From: Eledone cirrhosa | Taxonomy: Eukaryota | Assembly (NCBI GenBank): GCA_964016885.1 | Contig: OZ024756.1 | Coordinates: 1,674,001-1,738,000, forward strand | DNA: 64,000 bases | Direction: 5' to 3' | Part shown: positions 49,401-61,400 of the stretch, in pieces | Numbering within the stretch: position 1 is the first letter of the stretch | How the letters are laid out: every line of letters begins with the position of its first letter | Translations under genes and position numbers: made by a program | Notes under the pieces: model-generated | Database searches by the model: none | What the model saw: the letters and a program-made list of their open reading frames with translations, nothing else | What the model was told of the DNA's origin: nothing

Positions 49401-52400
49401 GAAGTGTGCAGTGTCAGTGATCTGGTCTTCTGTCTTGCTGTCTTCAGTTCATCTATGAAGTGTGCAGTGTCAGTGATCTGGTCCTCTGTCTTGCTGTCTT
49501 CAGTACATCTGTGAAGTTTGTAGTGTCAGTGATCAGGTCCTCTGTCTTGCTGTCTTCAGTACATCTATGTAGTGTGCAGTGTCAGTGATCTGGTCCTCTG
49601 TCTTGCTGTCTTCAGTACATCTGTGAAGTGTGTAGTGTCAGTGATCAGGTCCTCTGTCTTGCTGTCTTAAGAACATCTATGTAGTGTGCAGTGTCAGTGA
49701 TCAGGTCCTCTGTCTTGCTGTCTTCAGTACATCTATGTAGTGTGCAGTGTCAGTGATCTGGTCCTCTGTCTTGCTGTCTTCAGTACATCTGTGAAGTGTG
49801 TAGTGTCGGTGATCAGGTCCTCTGTCTTGCTGTCTTCAGTACATCTATGAAGTGTGCAGTGTCAGTGATCTGGTCCTCTGTCTTGTTGTCTTCAGTACTT
49901 CTATGAAGTGTGCAGTGTCAGTGATCTGGTCCTCTGTCTTGCTGTCTTCAGTACATCTATGAAGTGTGCAGTGTCAGTGATCTCGTCCTCTGTCTTGCTG
50001 TCTTAAGTACATGTATGAAGTGTGCAGTGTCAGTGAACTGGTCCTCTGTCTTGCTGTCTTCAGTTCATCTATGAAGTGTGCAGTGTCAGTGATCTGGTCC
50101 TCCGTCTTGCTGTTTTCAGTACATCTATGAAGTGTGCAGTGTCAGTGATCTGGTCCTCTGTCTTGCTGTCTTCAGTACATCTATGAAGTGTGCAGTGTCA
50201 GGGATCTGGTCCTCTGTCTTGCTGTCTTCAGTTCATCTATGAAGTGTGCAGTGTCAGTGATCTGGTCCTCTGTCTTGCTGTCTTCAGTTCATCTATGAAG
50301 TGTGCAGTGTCAGTGATCTGGTCCTCTGTCTTGCTGTCTTCAGTTCATCTATGAAGTGTGCAGTGTCAGTGATCTGGTCCTCTGTCTTGCTGTCTTCAGT
50401 ACATCTATGAAGTGTGCAGTGTCAGTGATCTGGTCCTCTGTCTTGCTGTCTTCAGTACATCTATGAAGTGTGCAGTGTCAGTGATCTGGTCCTCTGTCTT
50501 GCTGTCTTCAGTTTATCTATGAAGTATGCAGTGTCAGTCATCTGGTCCTCTGTCTTGCTGTCTTCAGTACATCTATGAAGTGTGCAGTGTCAGTGATCTG
50601 GTCCTCTGTCTTGCTGTCTTCAGTTCATCTCTGAAGTGTGCAGTGTGAGTGATCTGGTCCTCTGTCTTGCTGTCTTCAGTACATCTATGAAGTGTGCAGT
50701 GTCAGTGATCTCGTCCTTTGTCTTGCTGTCTTCAGTACATCTATGAAGTGTGCAGTGTCAGTGATCTGGTCCTCTGTCATGCTGTCTTCAGTTCATCTAT
50801 GAAGTGTGCAGTGTCAGTGATCTGGTCCTCTATCTTGCTGTCTTCAGTTCATCTATGAAGTATGCAGTGTCAGTGATCTGGTCCTCTGTCTTGCTGTCTT
50901 CAGTACATCTGTGAACTTTGTAGTGTCAGTGAACAGATCGTCTGTCTTGCTGTCTTCAGTACATCTATATAGTGTGCAGTGTCAGTGATCTGGTCCTCTG
51001 TCTTGCTGTCTTCAGTACATCTATGAAGTGTGCAGTGTCAGTGATCTGGTCTTCTGTCTTGCTGTCTTCAGTTCATCTATGAAGTGTGCAGTGTCAGTGA
51101 TCTGGTCCTCTGTCTTGCTGTCTTCAGTACATCTGTGAAGTTTGTAGTGTCAGTGATCAGGTCCTCTGTCTTGCTGTCTTCAGTACATCTATGAAGTGTG
51201 CAGTGTCAGTGATCTGGTCCTCTGTCTTGCTGTCTTCAGTACTTCTATGAAGTGTGCAGTGTCAGTGATCTGGTCCTCTGTCTTGCTGTCTTCAGTACAT
51301 CTATGAAGTGTGCAGTGTCAGTGATCTGGTCCTCTGTCTTGCTGTCTTCAGTACATCTATGAAGTGTGCAGTGTCAGTGATCTCGTCCTCTGTCTTGCTG
51401 TCTTAAGTACATGTATGAAGTGTGCAGTGTCAGTGAACTGGTCCTCTGTCTTGCTGTCTTCAGTTCATCTATGAAGTGTGCAGTGTCAGTGATCTGGTCC
51501 TCCGTCTTGCTGTTTTCAGTACATCTATGAAGTGTGCAGTGTCAGTGATCTGGTCCTCTGTCTTGCTGTCTTCAGTACATCTATGAAGTGTGCAGTGTCA
51601 GGGATCTGGTCCTCTGTCTTGCTGTCTTCAGTTCATCTATGAAGTGTGCAGTGTCAGTGATCTGGTCCTCTGTCTTGCTGTCTTCAGTACATCTATGAAG
51701 TGTGCAGTGTCAGTGATCTGGTCCTCTGTCTTGCTGTCTTCAGTTCATCTATGAAGTGTGCAGTGTCAGTGATCTGGTCCTCTGTCTTGCTGTCTTCAGT
51801 TCATCTATGAAGTGTGCAGTGTCAGTGATCTGGTCCTCTGTCTTGCTGTCTTCAGTACATCTATGAAGTGTGCAGTGTCAGTGATCTGGTCCTCTGTCTT
51901 GCTGTCTTCAGTACATCTATGAAGTGTGCAGTGTCAGTGATCTGGTCCTCTGTCTTGCTGTCTTCAGTTCATCTATGAAGTATGCAGTGTCAGTGATCTG
52001 GTCCTCTGTCTTGCTGTCTTCAGTACATCTATGAAGTGTGCAGTGTCAGTGATCTGGTCCTCTGTCTTGCTGTCTTCAGTTCATCTCTGAAGTGTGCAGT
52101 GTGAGTGATCTGGTCCTCTGTCTTGCTGTCTTCAGTACATCTATGAAGTGTGCAGTGTCAGTGATCTCGTCCTTTGTCTTGCTGTCTTCAGTACATCTAT
52201 GAAGTGTGCAGTGTCAGTGATCTGGTCCTCTGTCATGCTGGCTTCAGTTCATCTATGAAGTGTGCAGTGTCAGTGATCTGGTCCTCTATCTTGCTGTCTT
52301 CAGTTCATCTATGAAGTATGCAGTGTCAGTGATCTGGTCCTCTGTCTTGCTGTCTTCAGTACATCTGTGAACTTTGTAGTGTCAGTGAACAGATCGTCTG

Positions 52401-55400
52401 TCTTGCTGTCTTCAGTACATCTATATAGTGTGCAGTGTCAGTGATCTGGTCCTCTGTCTTGCTGTCTTCAGTACATCTATGAAGTGTGCAGTGTCAGTTA
52501 TCTGGTCCTCTGTCTTGCTGTCTTCAGTTCATCTGTGAAGTGTGCAGTGTCAGTGATCTGGCCCTCTGTCTTGCTGTCTTCAGTACATCTATGAAGTGTG
52601 CAGTGTCAGTGATCTGGTCCTCTGTCTTGCTGTCTTCAGTTCATCTATGAAGTGTGCAGTGTCAGTGATCTGGTCCTCGGTCTTGCTGTTTTCAGTACAT
52701 CTATGAAGTGTGCAGTGTCAGTGATCTGGTCCTCTGTCTTGCTGTCTTCAGTACATCTATGAATTGTGCAGTGTCAGGGATCTGGCCCTCTGTCTTGCTG
52801 TCTTCAGTTCATCTATGAAGTGTGCAGTGTCAGTGATCTGGTCCTCTGTCTTGCTGTCTTCAGTACATCTATGAAGTGTGCAGGGTCAGTGATCTGGTCC
52901 TCTGTCTTGCTGTCTTCAGTTCATCTATGAAGTGTGCAGTGTCAGTGATCTGGTCCTCTCTCTTGCTGTCTTCACTTCATCTATGAAGTGTGCAGTGTCA
53001 GTGATCTGGTCCTCTGTCTTGCTGTCTTCAGTACATCTATGAAGTGTGCATTGTCAGTGATCTGGTCCTCTGTCTTGCTGTCTTCAGTACATCTATGAAG
53101 TGTGCAGTGTCAGTGATCTGGTCCTCTGTCTTGCTGTCTTCAGTTCATCTATGAAGTATGCAGTGTCAGTGATCTCGTCCTCTGTCTTGCTGTCTTCAGT
53201 ACATCTATGAAGTGTGCAGTGTCAGTGATCTGGTCCTCTGTCTTGCTGTCTTCAGTACATCTGTGAACTTTGTAGTGTCAGTGATCAGATCCTCTGTCTT
53301 GCTGTCTTCAGTACATCTATGTAGTGTGCAGTGTCAGTGATCTGCTCCTCTGTCTTGCTGTCTTCAGTACATCTATGAAGTGTGCAGTGTCAGTGATATG
53401 GTCCTCTGTCTTGCTGTCTTCAGTTCATCTATGAAGTGTGCAGTGTCAGTGATCTGGTCCTCTGTCTTGCTGTCTTCAGTACATCTGTGAAGTTTGTAGT
53501 GTCAGTGATCATGTCCTCTGTCTTGCTGTCTTCAGTACATCTATGTAGTGTGCAGTGTCAGTGATCTGGTCCTCTGTCTTGCTGTCTTCAGTACATCTGT
53601 GAAGTGTGTAGTGTCAGTGATCAGGTCCTCTGTCTTGCTGTCTTAAGTACATCTATGTAGTGTGCAGTGTCAGTGATCAGGTCCTCTGTCTTGCTGTCTT
53701 CAGTACATCTATGTAGTGTGCAGTGTCAGTGATCTGGTCCTCTGTCTTGCTGTCTTCAGTACGTCTGTGAAGTGTGTAGTGTCGGTGATCAGGTCCTCTG
53801 TCTTGCTGTCTTCAGTACATATATGAAGTGTGCAGTGTCATGATCTGGTCCTCTGTCTTGCTGTCTTCAGTACATCTATGAAGCGTGCAGTGTCAGTGAT
53901 CTGGTCCTCTGTCTTGCTGTCTTCAGTTCATCTATGAAGTGTGCAGTGTCAGTGATCTGGTCCTCTGTCTTGCTGTCTTCAGTTCATCTATGAAGTGTGC
54001 AGTGTCAGTGATATGGTCCTCTGTCTTGCCGTCTTCAGTACATCTATGAAGTGTGCAGTGTCAGTGAACTGGTCCTCTGTCTTGCTGTCTTAAGTTCATC
54101 TATGAAGTGTGCAGTGTCAGTGATCTCGTCCTCTGTCTTGCTGTCTTAAGTACATGTATGAAGTGTGCAGTGTCAGTGAACTGGTCCTCTGTCTTGCTGT
54201 CTTCAGTTCATCTATGAAGTGTGCAGTGTCAGTGATCTGGTCCTCCGTCTTGCTGTTTTCAGTACATCTATGAAGTGTGCAGTGTCAGTGATCTGGTCCT
54301 CTGTCTTGCTGTCTTCAGTACATCTATGAAGTGTGCAGTGTCAGGGATCTGGTCCTCTGTCTTGCTGTCTTCAGTTCATCTATGAAGTGTGCAGTGTCAA
54401 TGATCTGGTCCTCTGTCTTGCTGTCTTCAGTACATCTATGAAGCGTGCAGTGTCAGTGATCTGGTCCTCTGTCTTGCTGTCTTCTGTTCATCTATGAAGT
54501 GTGCAGTGTCAGTGATCTGGTCCTCTGTCTTGCTGTCTTCAGTTCATCTATGAAGTGTGCAGTGTCAGTGATATGGTCCTCTGTCTTGCTGTCTTCAGTA
54601 CATCTATGAAGTGTGCAGTGTCAGTGATATGGTCCTCTGTCTTGCTGTCTTCAGTACATCTATGAAGTGTGCAGTGTCAGTGATCTGGTCCTCTGTCTTG
54701 CTGTCTTCAGTTCATCTATGAAGTGTGCAGTGTCAGTGATCTCGTCCTCTGTCTTGCTGTCTTCAGTACATCTATGAAGTGTGCAGTGTCAGTGATCTGG
54801 TCCTCTGTCATGCTGTCTTTAGTTCATCTATGAAGTGTGCAGTGTCAGTGATCTGGTCCTCTGTCTTGCTGTCTTCAGTTCATCTATGAAGTATGCAGTG
54901 TCAGTGATCTGGTCCTCTGTCTTGCTGTCTTCAGTACATCTATGAAGTGTGCAGTGTCAGTGATCTGGTCTTCTGTCTTGCTGTCTTCAGTTCATCTATG
55001 AAGTGTGCAGTGTCAGTGATCTGGTCCTCTGTCTTGCTGTCTTCAGTACATCTGTGAAGTTTGTAGTGTCAGTGATCAGGTCCTCTGTCTTGCTGTCTTC
55101 AGTACATCTATGTAGTGTGCAGTGTCAGTGATCTGGTCCTCTGTCTTGCTGTCTTCAGTACATCTGTGAAGTGTGTAGTGTCAGTGATCAGGTCCTCTGT
55201 CTTGCTGTCTTAAGAACATCTATGTAGTGTGCAGTGTCAGTGATCAGGTCCTCTGTCTTGCTGTCTTCAGTACATCTATGTAGTGTGCAGTGTCAGTGAT
55301 CTGGTCCTCTGTCTTGCTGTCTTCAGTACATCTGTGAAGTGTGTAGTGTCGGTGATCAGGTCCTCTGTCTTGCTGTCTTCAGTACATCTATGAAGTGTGC

Positions 55401-58400
55401 AGTGTCAGTGATCTGGTCCTCTGTCTTGTTGTCTTCAGTACTTCTATGAAGTGTGCAGTGTCAGTGATCTGGTCCTCTGTCTTGCTGTCTTCGGTACATA
55501 TATGAAGTGTGCAGTGTCAGTGATCTGGTCCTCTGTCTTGCTGTCTTCAGTACATCTATGAAGTGTGCAGTGTCAGTGATCTCGTCCTCTGTCGTGCTGT
55601 CTTAAGTACATGTATGAAGTGTGCAGTGTCAGTGATCTGGTCCTCTGTCTTGCTGTCTTCAGTACATCTATGAAGTGCTCAGTGTCAGTGATCTGGTCCT
55701 CTGTCTTGCTGTCTTCAGTACATCTATGAAGTGTGCAGTGTCAGTGATCTGGTCCTCTGTCTTGCTGTCTTCAGTTCATCTATGAAGTGTGCAGTGTCAG
55801 TGATCTGGTCCTCTGTCTTGCTGTCTTCAGTACATCTATGAAGTGTGCAGTGTCAGTGATCTGGTCCTCTGTCTTGCTGTCTTCAGTACATCTATGAAGT
55901 GTGCAGTGTCAGTGATCTGGTCTTCTGTCTTGCTGTCTTCAGTACATCTATGAAGTGTGCAGTGTCAGTGATCTCGTCCTCTGTCTTGCTGTCTTCAGTA
56001 CATCTATGAAGTGTGCAGTGTCAGTGATCTGGTCCTCTGTCTTGCTGTGTTCAGTTCATCTATGAAGTGTGCAGTGTCAGTGATCTGGTCTTCTGTCTTG
56101 CTGTCTTCAGTACATCTATGAAGTGTGCAGTGTCAGTGATCTGGTCCTCTGTCTTGCTGTCTTCAGTACATCTATGAAGTGTGCAGTGTCAGTGATCTGG
56201 TCCTCTGTCTTGCTGTCTTCAGTACATCTATGAAGTGTGCAGTGTCAGTGATCTGGTCCTCTGTCTTGCTGTCTTCAGTTCATCTATGAAGTGTGCAGTG
56301 TCAGTGATCTGGTCCTCTGTCTTGCTGTCTTCAGTTCATCTATGAAGTATGCAGTGTCAGTGATCTGGTCCTCTGTCTTGCTGTCTTCAGTACATCTGTG
56401 AACTTTGTAGTGTCAGTGAACAGATCGTCTGTCTTGCTGTCTTCAGTACATCTATGTAGTGTGCAGTGTCAGTGATCTGGTCCTCTGTCTTGCTGTCTTC
56501 AGTACATCTGTGAAGTATGTAGTGTCAGTGATCAGGTCCTCTGTCTTGCTGTCTTCAGTACATCTATGTAGTGTGCAGTGTCAGTGATCTGGTCCTCTGT
56601 CTTGCAGTCTTCAGTACATCTGTGAAGTGTGTAGTGTCAGTGATCAGGTCCTCTGTCTTGCTGTCTTAAGTACATCTATGTAGTGTGCAGTGTCAGTGAT
56701 CAGGTCCTCTGTCTTGCTGTCTTCAGTACATCTATGTAGTGTGCAGTGTCAGTGATCTGGTCCTCTGTCTTGCTGTCTTCAGTACATCTGTGAAGTGTGT
56801 AGTGTCGGTGATCAGGTCCTCTGTCTTGCTGTCTTCAGTACATCTATGAAGTGTGCAGTGTCAGTGATCTGGTCCTCTGTCTTGCTGTCTTCAGTACTTC
56901 TATGAAGTGTGCAGTGTCAGTGATCTGGTCCTCTGTCTTGCTGTCTTCAGTACATATATGAAGTGTGCAGTGTCAGTGATCTGGTCCTCTGTCTTGCTGT
57001 CTTCAGTACATCTATGAAGTGTGCAGTGTCAGTGATCTCGTCCTCTGTCTTGCTGTCTTATGTACATGTATGAAGTGTGCAGTGTCAGTGATCTGGTCCT
57101 CTGTCTTGCTGTCTTTACTACATCTATGAGGTGCGCAGTGTCAGTGATCTGGTCCTCTGTCTTACTGTCTCCAGTACATCTATGAAGTGTGCAGTGTCAG
57201 TGATCTGGTCCTCTGTCTTGCTGTCTTCAGTTCATCTATGAAGTGTGCAGTGTCAGTGATCTGGTCCTCTGTCTTGCTGTCTTCAGTACATCTATGAAGT
57301 GTGCAGTGTCAGTGATCTGGTCCTCTGTCTTGCTGTCTTCAGTACATCTATGAAGTGTGCAGTGTCAGTGATCTGGTCTTCTGTCTCGCTGTCTTCAGTT
57401 CATCTATGAAGGGTGCAGTGTCAGTGATCTGGTCCTCTGTCTTGCTGTCTTCAGTACATCTGTGAAGTTTGTAGTGTCAGTGATCAGGTCCTCTGTCTTG
57501 CATTCTTAAGTACATCTATGTAGTGTGCAGTGTCAGTGATCTGGTCCTCTGTCTTGCAGTCTTCAGTACACCTGTGAAGTGTGTAGTGTCAGTGATCAGG
57601 TCCTCTGTCTTGCTGTCTTAAGTACATCTATGTAGTGTGCAGTGTCAGTGATCAGGTCCTCTGTCTTGCTGTCTTCAGTACATCTATGTAGTGTGCAGTG
57701 TCAGTGATCTGGTCCTCTGTCTTGCTGTCTTCAGTACATCTGTGAAGTGTGTAGTGTCGGTGATCAGGTCCTCTGTCTTGCTGTCTTCAGTACATTTATG
57801 AAGTGTGCAGTGTCAGTGATCTCGTCCTCTGTCTTGCTGTCTTAAGTACATGTATGAAGTGTGCAGTGTCAGTGATCTGGTCCTCTGTCTTGCTGTCTTT
57901 AGTACATCTATGAAGTGCGCAGTGTCAGTGATCTCGTCCTCTGTCTTGCTGTCTTAAGTACATGTATGAAGTGTGCAGTGTCAGTGATCTGGTCCTCTGT
58001 CTTGCTGTCTTCAGTACATCTATGAAGTGTGCAGTGTCAGTGATCTTGTCTTCTGTCTTGCTGTCTTCAGTACATCTATGAAGTGTGCAGTGTCAGTGAT
58101 CTCGTCCTCTGTCTTGCTGTCTTCAGTACATCTATGAAGTGTGCAGTGTCAGTGATCTGGTTCTCTGTCTTGCTCTGTTCAGTTCATCTATGAAGTGTGC
58201 AGTGTCAGTGATCTGGTCTTCTGTCTTGCTGTCTTCAGTACATCTATGAAGTGTGCAGTGTCAGTGATCTGGCCCTCTGTCTTGCTGTCTTCAGTACATC
58301 TATGAAGTGTGCAGTGTCAGTGATCTGGTCCTCTGTCTTGCTGTCTTCAGTTCATCTATGAAGTGTGCAGTGTCAGTGATCTGGTCCTCGGTCTTGCTGT

Positions 58401-61400
58401 TTTCAGTACATCTATGAAGTGTGCAGTGTCAGTGATCTGGTCCTCTGTCTTGCTGTCTTCAGTACATCTATGAATTGTGCAGTGTCAGGGATCTGGCCCT
58501 CTGTCTTGCTGTCTTCAGTTCATCTATGAAGTGTGCAGTGTCAGTGATCTGGTCCTCTGTCTTGCTGTCTTCAGTACATCTATGAAGTGTGCAGTGTCAG
58601 TGATCTGGTCCTCTGTCTTGCTGTCTTCAGTTCATCTATGAAGTGTGCAGTGTCAGTGATCTGGTCCTCTGTCTTGCTGTCTTCACTTCATCTATGAAGT
58701 GTGCAGTGTCAGTGATCTGGTCCTCTGTCTTGCTAGTCTTCAGTACATCTATGAAGTGTGCATTGTCAGTGATCTGGTCCTCTGTCTTGCTGTCTTCAGT
58801 ACATCTATGAAGTGTGCAGTGTCAGTGATCTGGTCCTCTGTCTTGCTGTCTTCAGTTCATCTATGAAGTATGCAGTGTCAGTGATCTCGTCCTCTGTCTT
58901 GCTGTCTTCAGTACATCTATGAAGTGTGCAGTGTCAGTGATCTGGTCCTCTGTCTTGCTGTCTTCAATACATCTGTGAACTTTGTAGTGTCAGTGATCAG
59001 ATCCACTGTCTTGCTGTCTTCAGTACATCTGTGAAGTTTGTAGTGTCAGTGATCAGGTCCTCTGTCTTGCTGTCTTCAGTACATCTATGTAGTGTGCAGT
59101 GTCAGTGATCTGGTCCTCTGTCTTGCTGTCTTCAGTACATCTGTGAAGTGTGTAGTGTCAGTGATCAGGTCCTCTGTCTTGCTGTCTTAAGAACATCTAT
59201 GTAGTGTGCAGTGTCAGTGATCAGGTCCTCTGTCTTGCTGTCTTCAGTACATCTATGTAGTGTGCAGTGTCAGTGATCTGGTCCTCTGTCTTGCTGTCTT
59301 CAGTACATCTGTGAAGTGTGTAGTGTCGGTGATCAGGTCCTCTGTCTTGCTGTCTTCAGTACATCTATGAAGTGTGCAGTGTCAGTGATCTGGTCCTCTG
59401 TCTTGTTGTCTTCAGTACTTCTATGAAGTGTGCAGTGTCAGTGATCTGGTCCTCTGTCTTGCTGTCTTCAGTACATCTATGAAGTGTGCAGTGTCAGTGA
59501 TCTCGTCCTCTGTCTTGCTGTCTTAAGTACATGTATGAAGTGTGCAGTGTCAGTGAACTGGTCCTCTGTCTTGCTGTCTTCAGTTCATCTATGAAGTGTG
59601 CAGTGTCAGTGATCTGGTCCTCCGTCTTGCTGTTTTCAGTACATCTATGAAGTGTGCAGTGTCAGTGATCTGGTCCTCTGTCTTGCTGTCTTCAGTACAT
59701 CTATGAAGTGTGCAGTGTCAGGGATCTGGTCCTCTGTCTTGCTGTCTTCAGTTCATCTATGAAGTGTGCAGTGTCAGTGATCTGGTCCTCTGTCTTGCTG
59801 TCTTCAGTTCATCTATGAAGTGTGCAGTGTCAGTGATCTGGTCCTCTGTCTTGCTGTCTTCAGTTCATCTATGAAGTGTGCAGTGTCAGTGATCTGGTCC
59901 TCTGTCTTGCTGTCTTCAGTACATCTATGAAGTGTGCAGTGTCAGTGATCTGGTCCTCTGTCTTGCTGTCTTCAGTACATCTATGAAGTGTGCAGTGTCA
60001 GTGATCTGGTCCTCTGTCTTGCTGTCTTCAGTTCATCTATGAAGTGTGCAGTGTCAGTGATCTGGTCCTCTGTCTTGCTGTCTTCAGTACATCTATGAAG
60101 TGTGCAGTGTCAGTGATCTGGTCCTCTGTCTTGCTGTCTTCAGTACATCTATGAAGTGTGCAGTGTCAGTGATCTGGTCCTCTGTCTTGCTGTCTTCAGT
60201 TCATCTATGAAGTATGCAGTGTCAGTCATCTGGTCCTCTGTCTTGCTGTCTTCAGTACATCTATGAAGTGTGCAGTGTCAGTGATCTGGTCCTCTGTCTT
60301 GCTGTCTTCAGTTCATCTCTGAAGTGTGCAGTGTGAGTGATCTGGTCCTCTGTCTTGCTGTCTTCAGTACATCTATGAAGTGTGCAGTGTCAGTGATCTG
60401 GTCCTCTGTCTTGCTGTCTTCAGTTCATCTCTGAAGTGTGCAGTGTGAGTGATCTGGTCCTCTGTCTTGCTGTCTTCAGTACATCTATGAAGTGTGCAGT
60501 GTCAGTGATCTGGTCCTCTGTCATGCTGTCTTCAGTTCATCTATGAAGTGTGCAGTGTCAGTGATCTGGTCCTCTATCTTGCTGTCTTCAGTTCATCTAT
60601 GAAGTATGCAGTGTCAGTGATCTGGTCCTCTGTCTTGCTGTCTTCAGTACATCTGTGAACTTTGTAGTGTCAGTGAACAGATCGTCTGTCTTGCTGTCTT
60701 CAGTACATCTATATAGTGTGCAGTGTCAGTGATCTGGTCCTCTGTCTTGCTGTCTTCAGTACATCTATGAAGTGTGCAGTGTCAGTGATCTGGTCTTCTG
60801 TCTTGCTGTCTTCAGTTCATCTATGAAGTGTGCAGTGTCAGTGATCTGGTCCTCTGTCTTGCTGTCTTCAGTACATCTGTGAAGTTTGTAGTGTCAGTGA
60901 TCAGGTCCTCTGTCTTGCTGTCTTCAGTACATCTATGAAGTGTGCAGTGTCAGTGATCTGGTCCTCTGTCTTGCTGTCTTCAGTTCATCTATGAAGTGTG
61001 CAGTGTCAGTGATCTGGTCCTCTGTCTTGCTGTCTTCAGTTCATCTATGAAGTGTGCAGTGTCAGTGATCTGGTCCTCTGTCTTGCTGTCTTCAGTACAT
61101 CTATGAAGTGTGCAGTGTCAGTGATCTGGTCCTCTGTCTTGCTGTCTTCAGTACATCTATGAAGTGTGCAGTGTCAGTGATCTGGTCCTCTGTCTTGCTG
61201 TCTTCAGTTCATCTATGAAGTATGCAGTGTCAGTGATCTGGTCCTCTGTCTTGCTGTCTTCAGTACATCTATGAAGTGTGCAGTGTCAGTGATCTGGTCC
61301 TCTGTCTTGCTGTCTTCAGTTCATCTCTGAAGTGTGCAGTGTGAGTGATCTGGTCCTCTGTCTTGCTGTCTTCAGTACATCTATGAAGTGTGCAGTGTCA

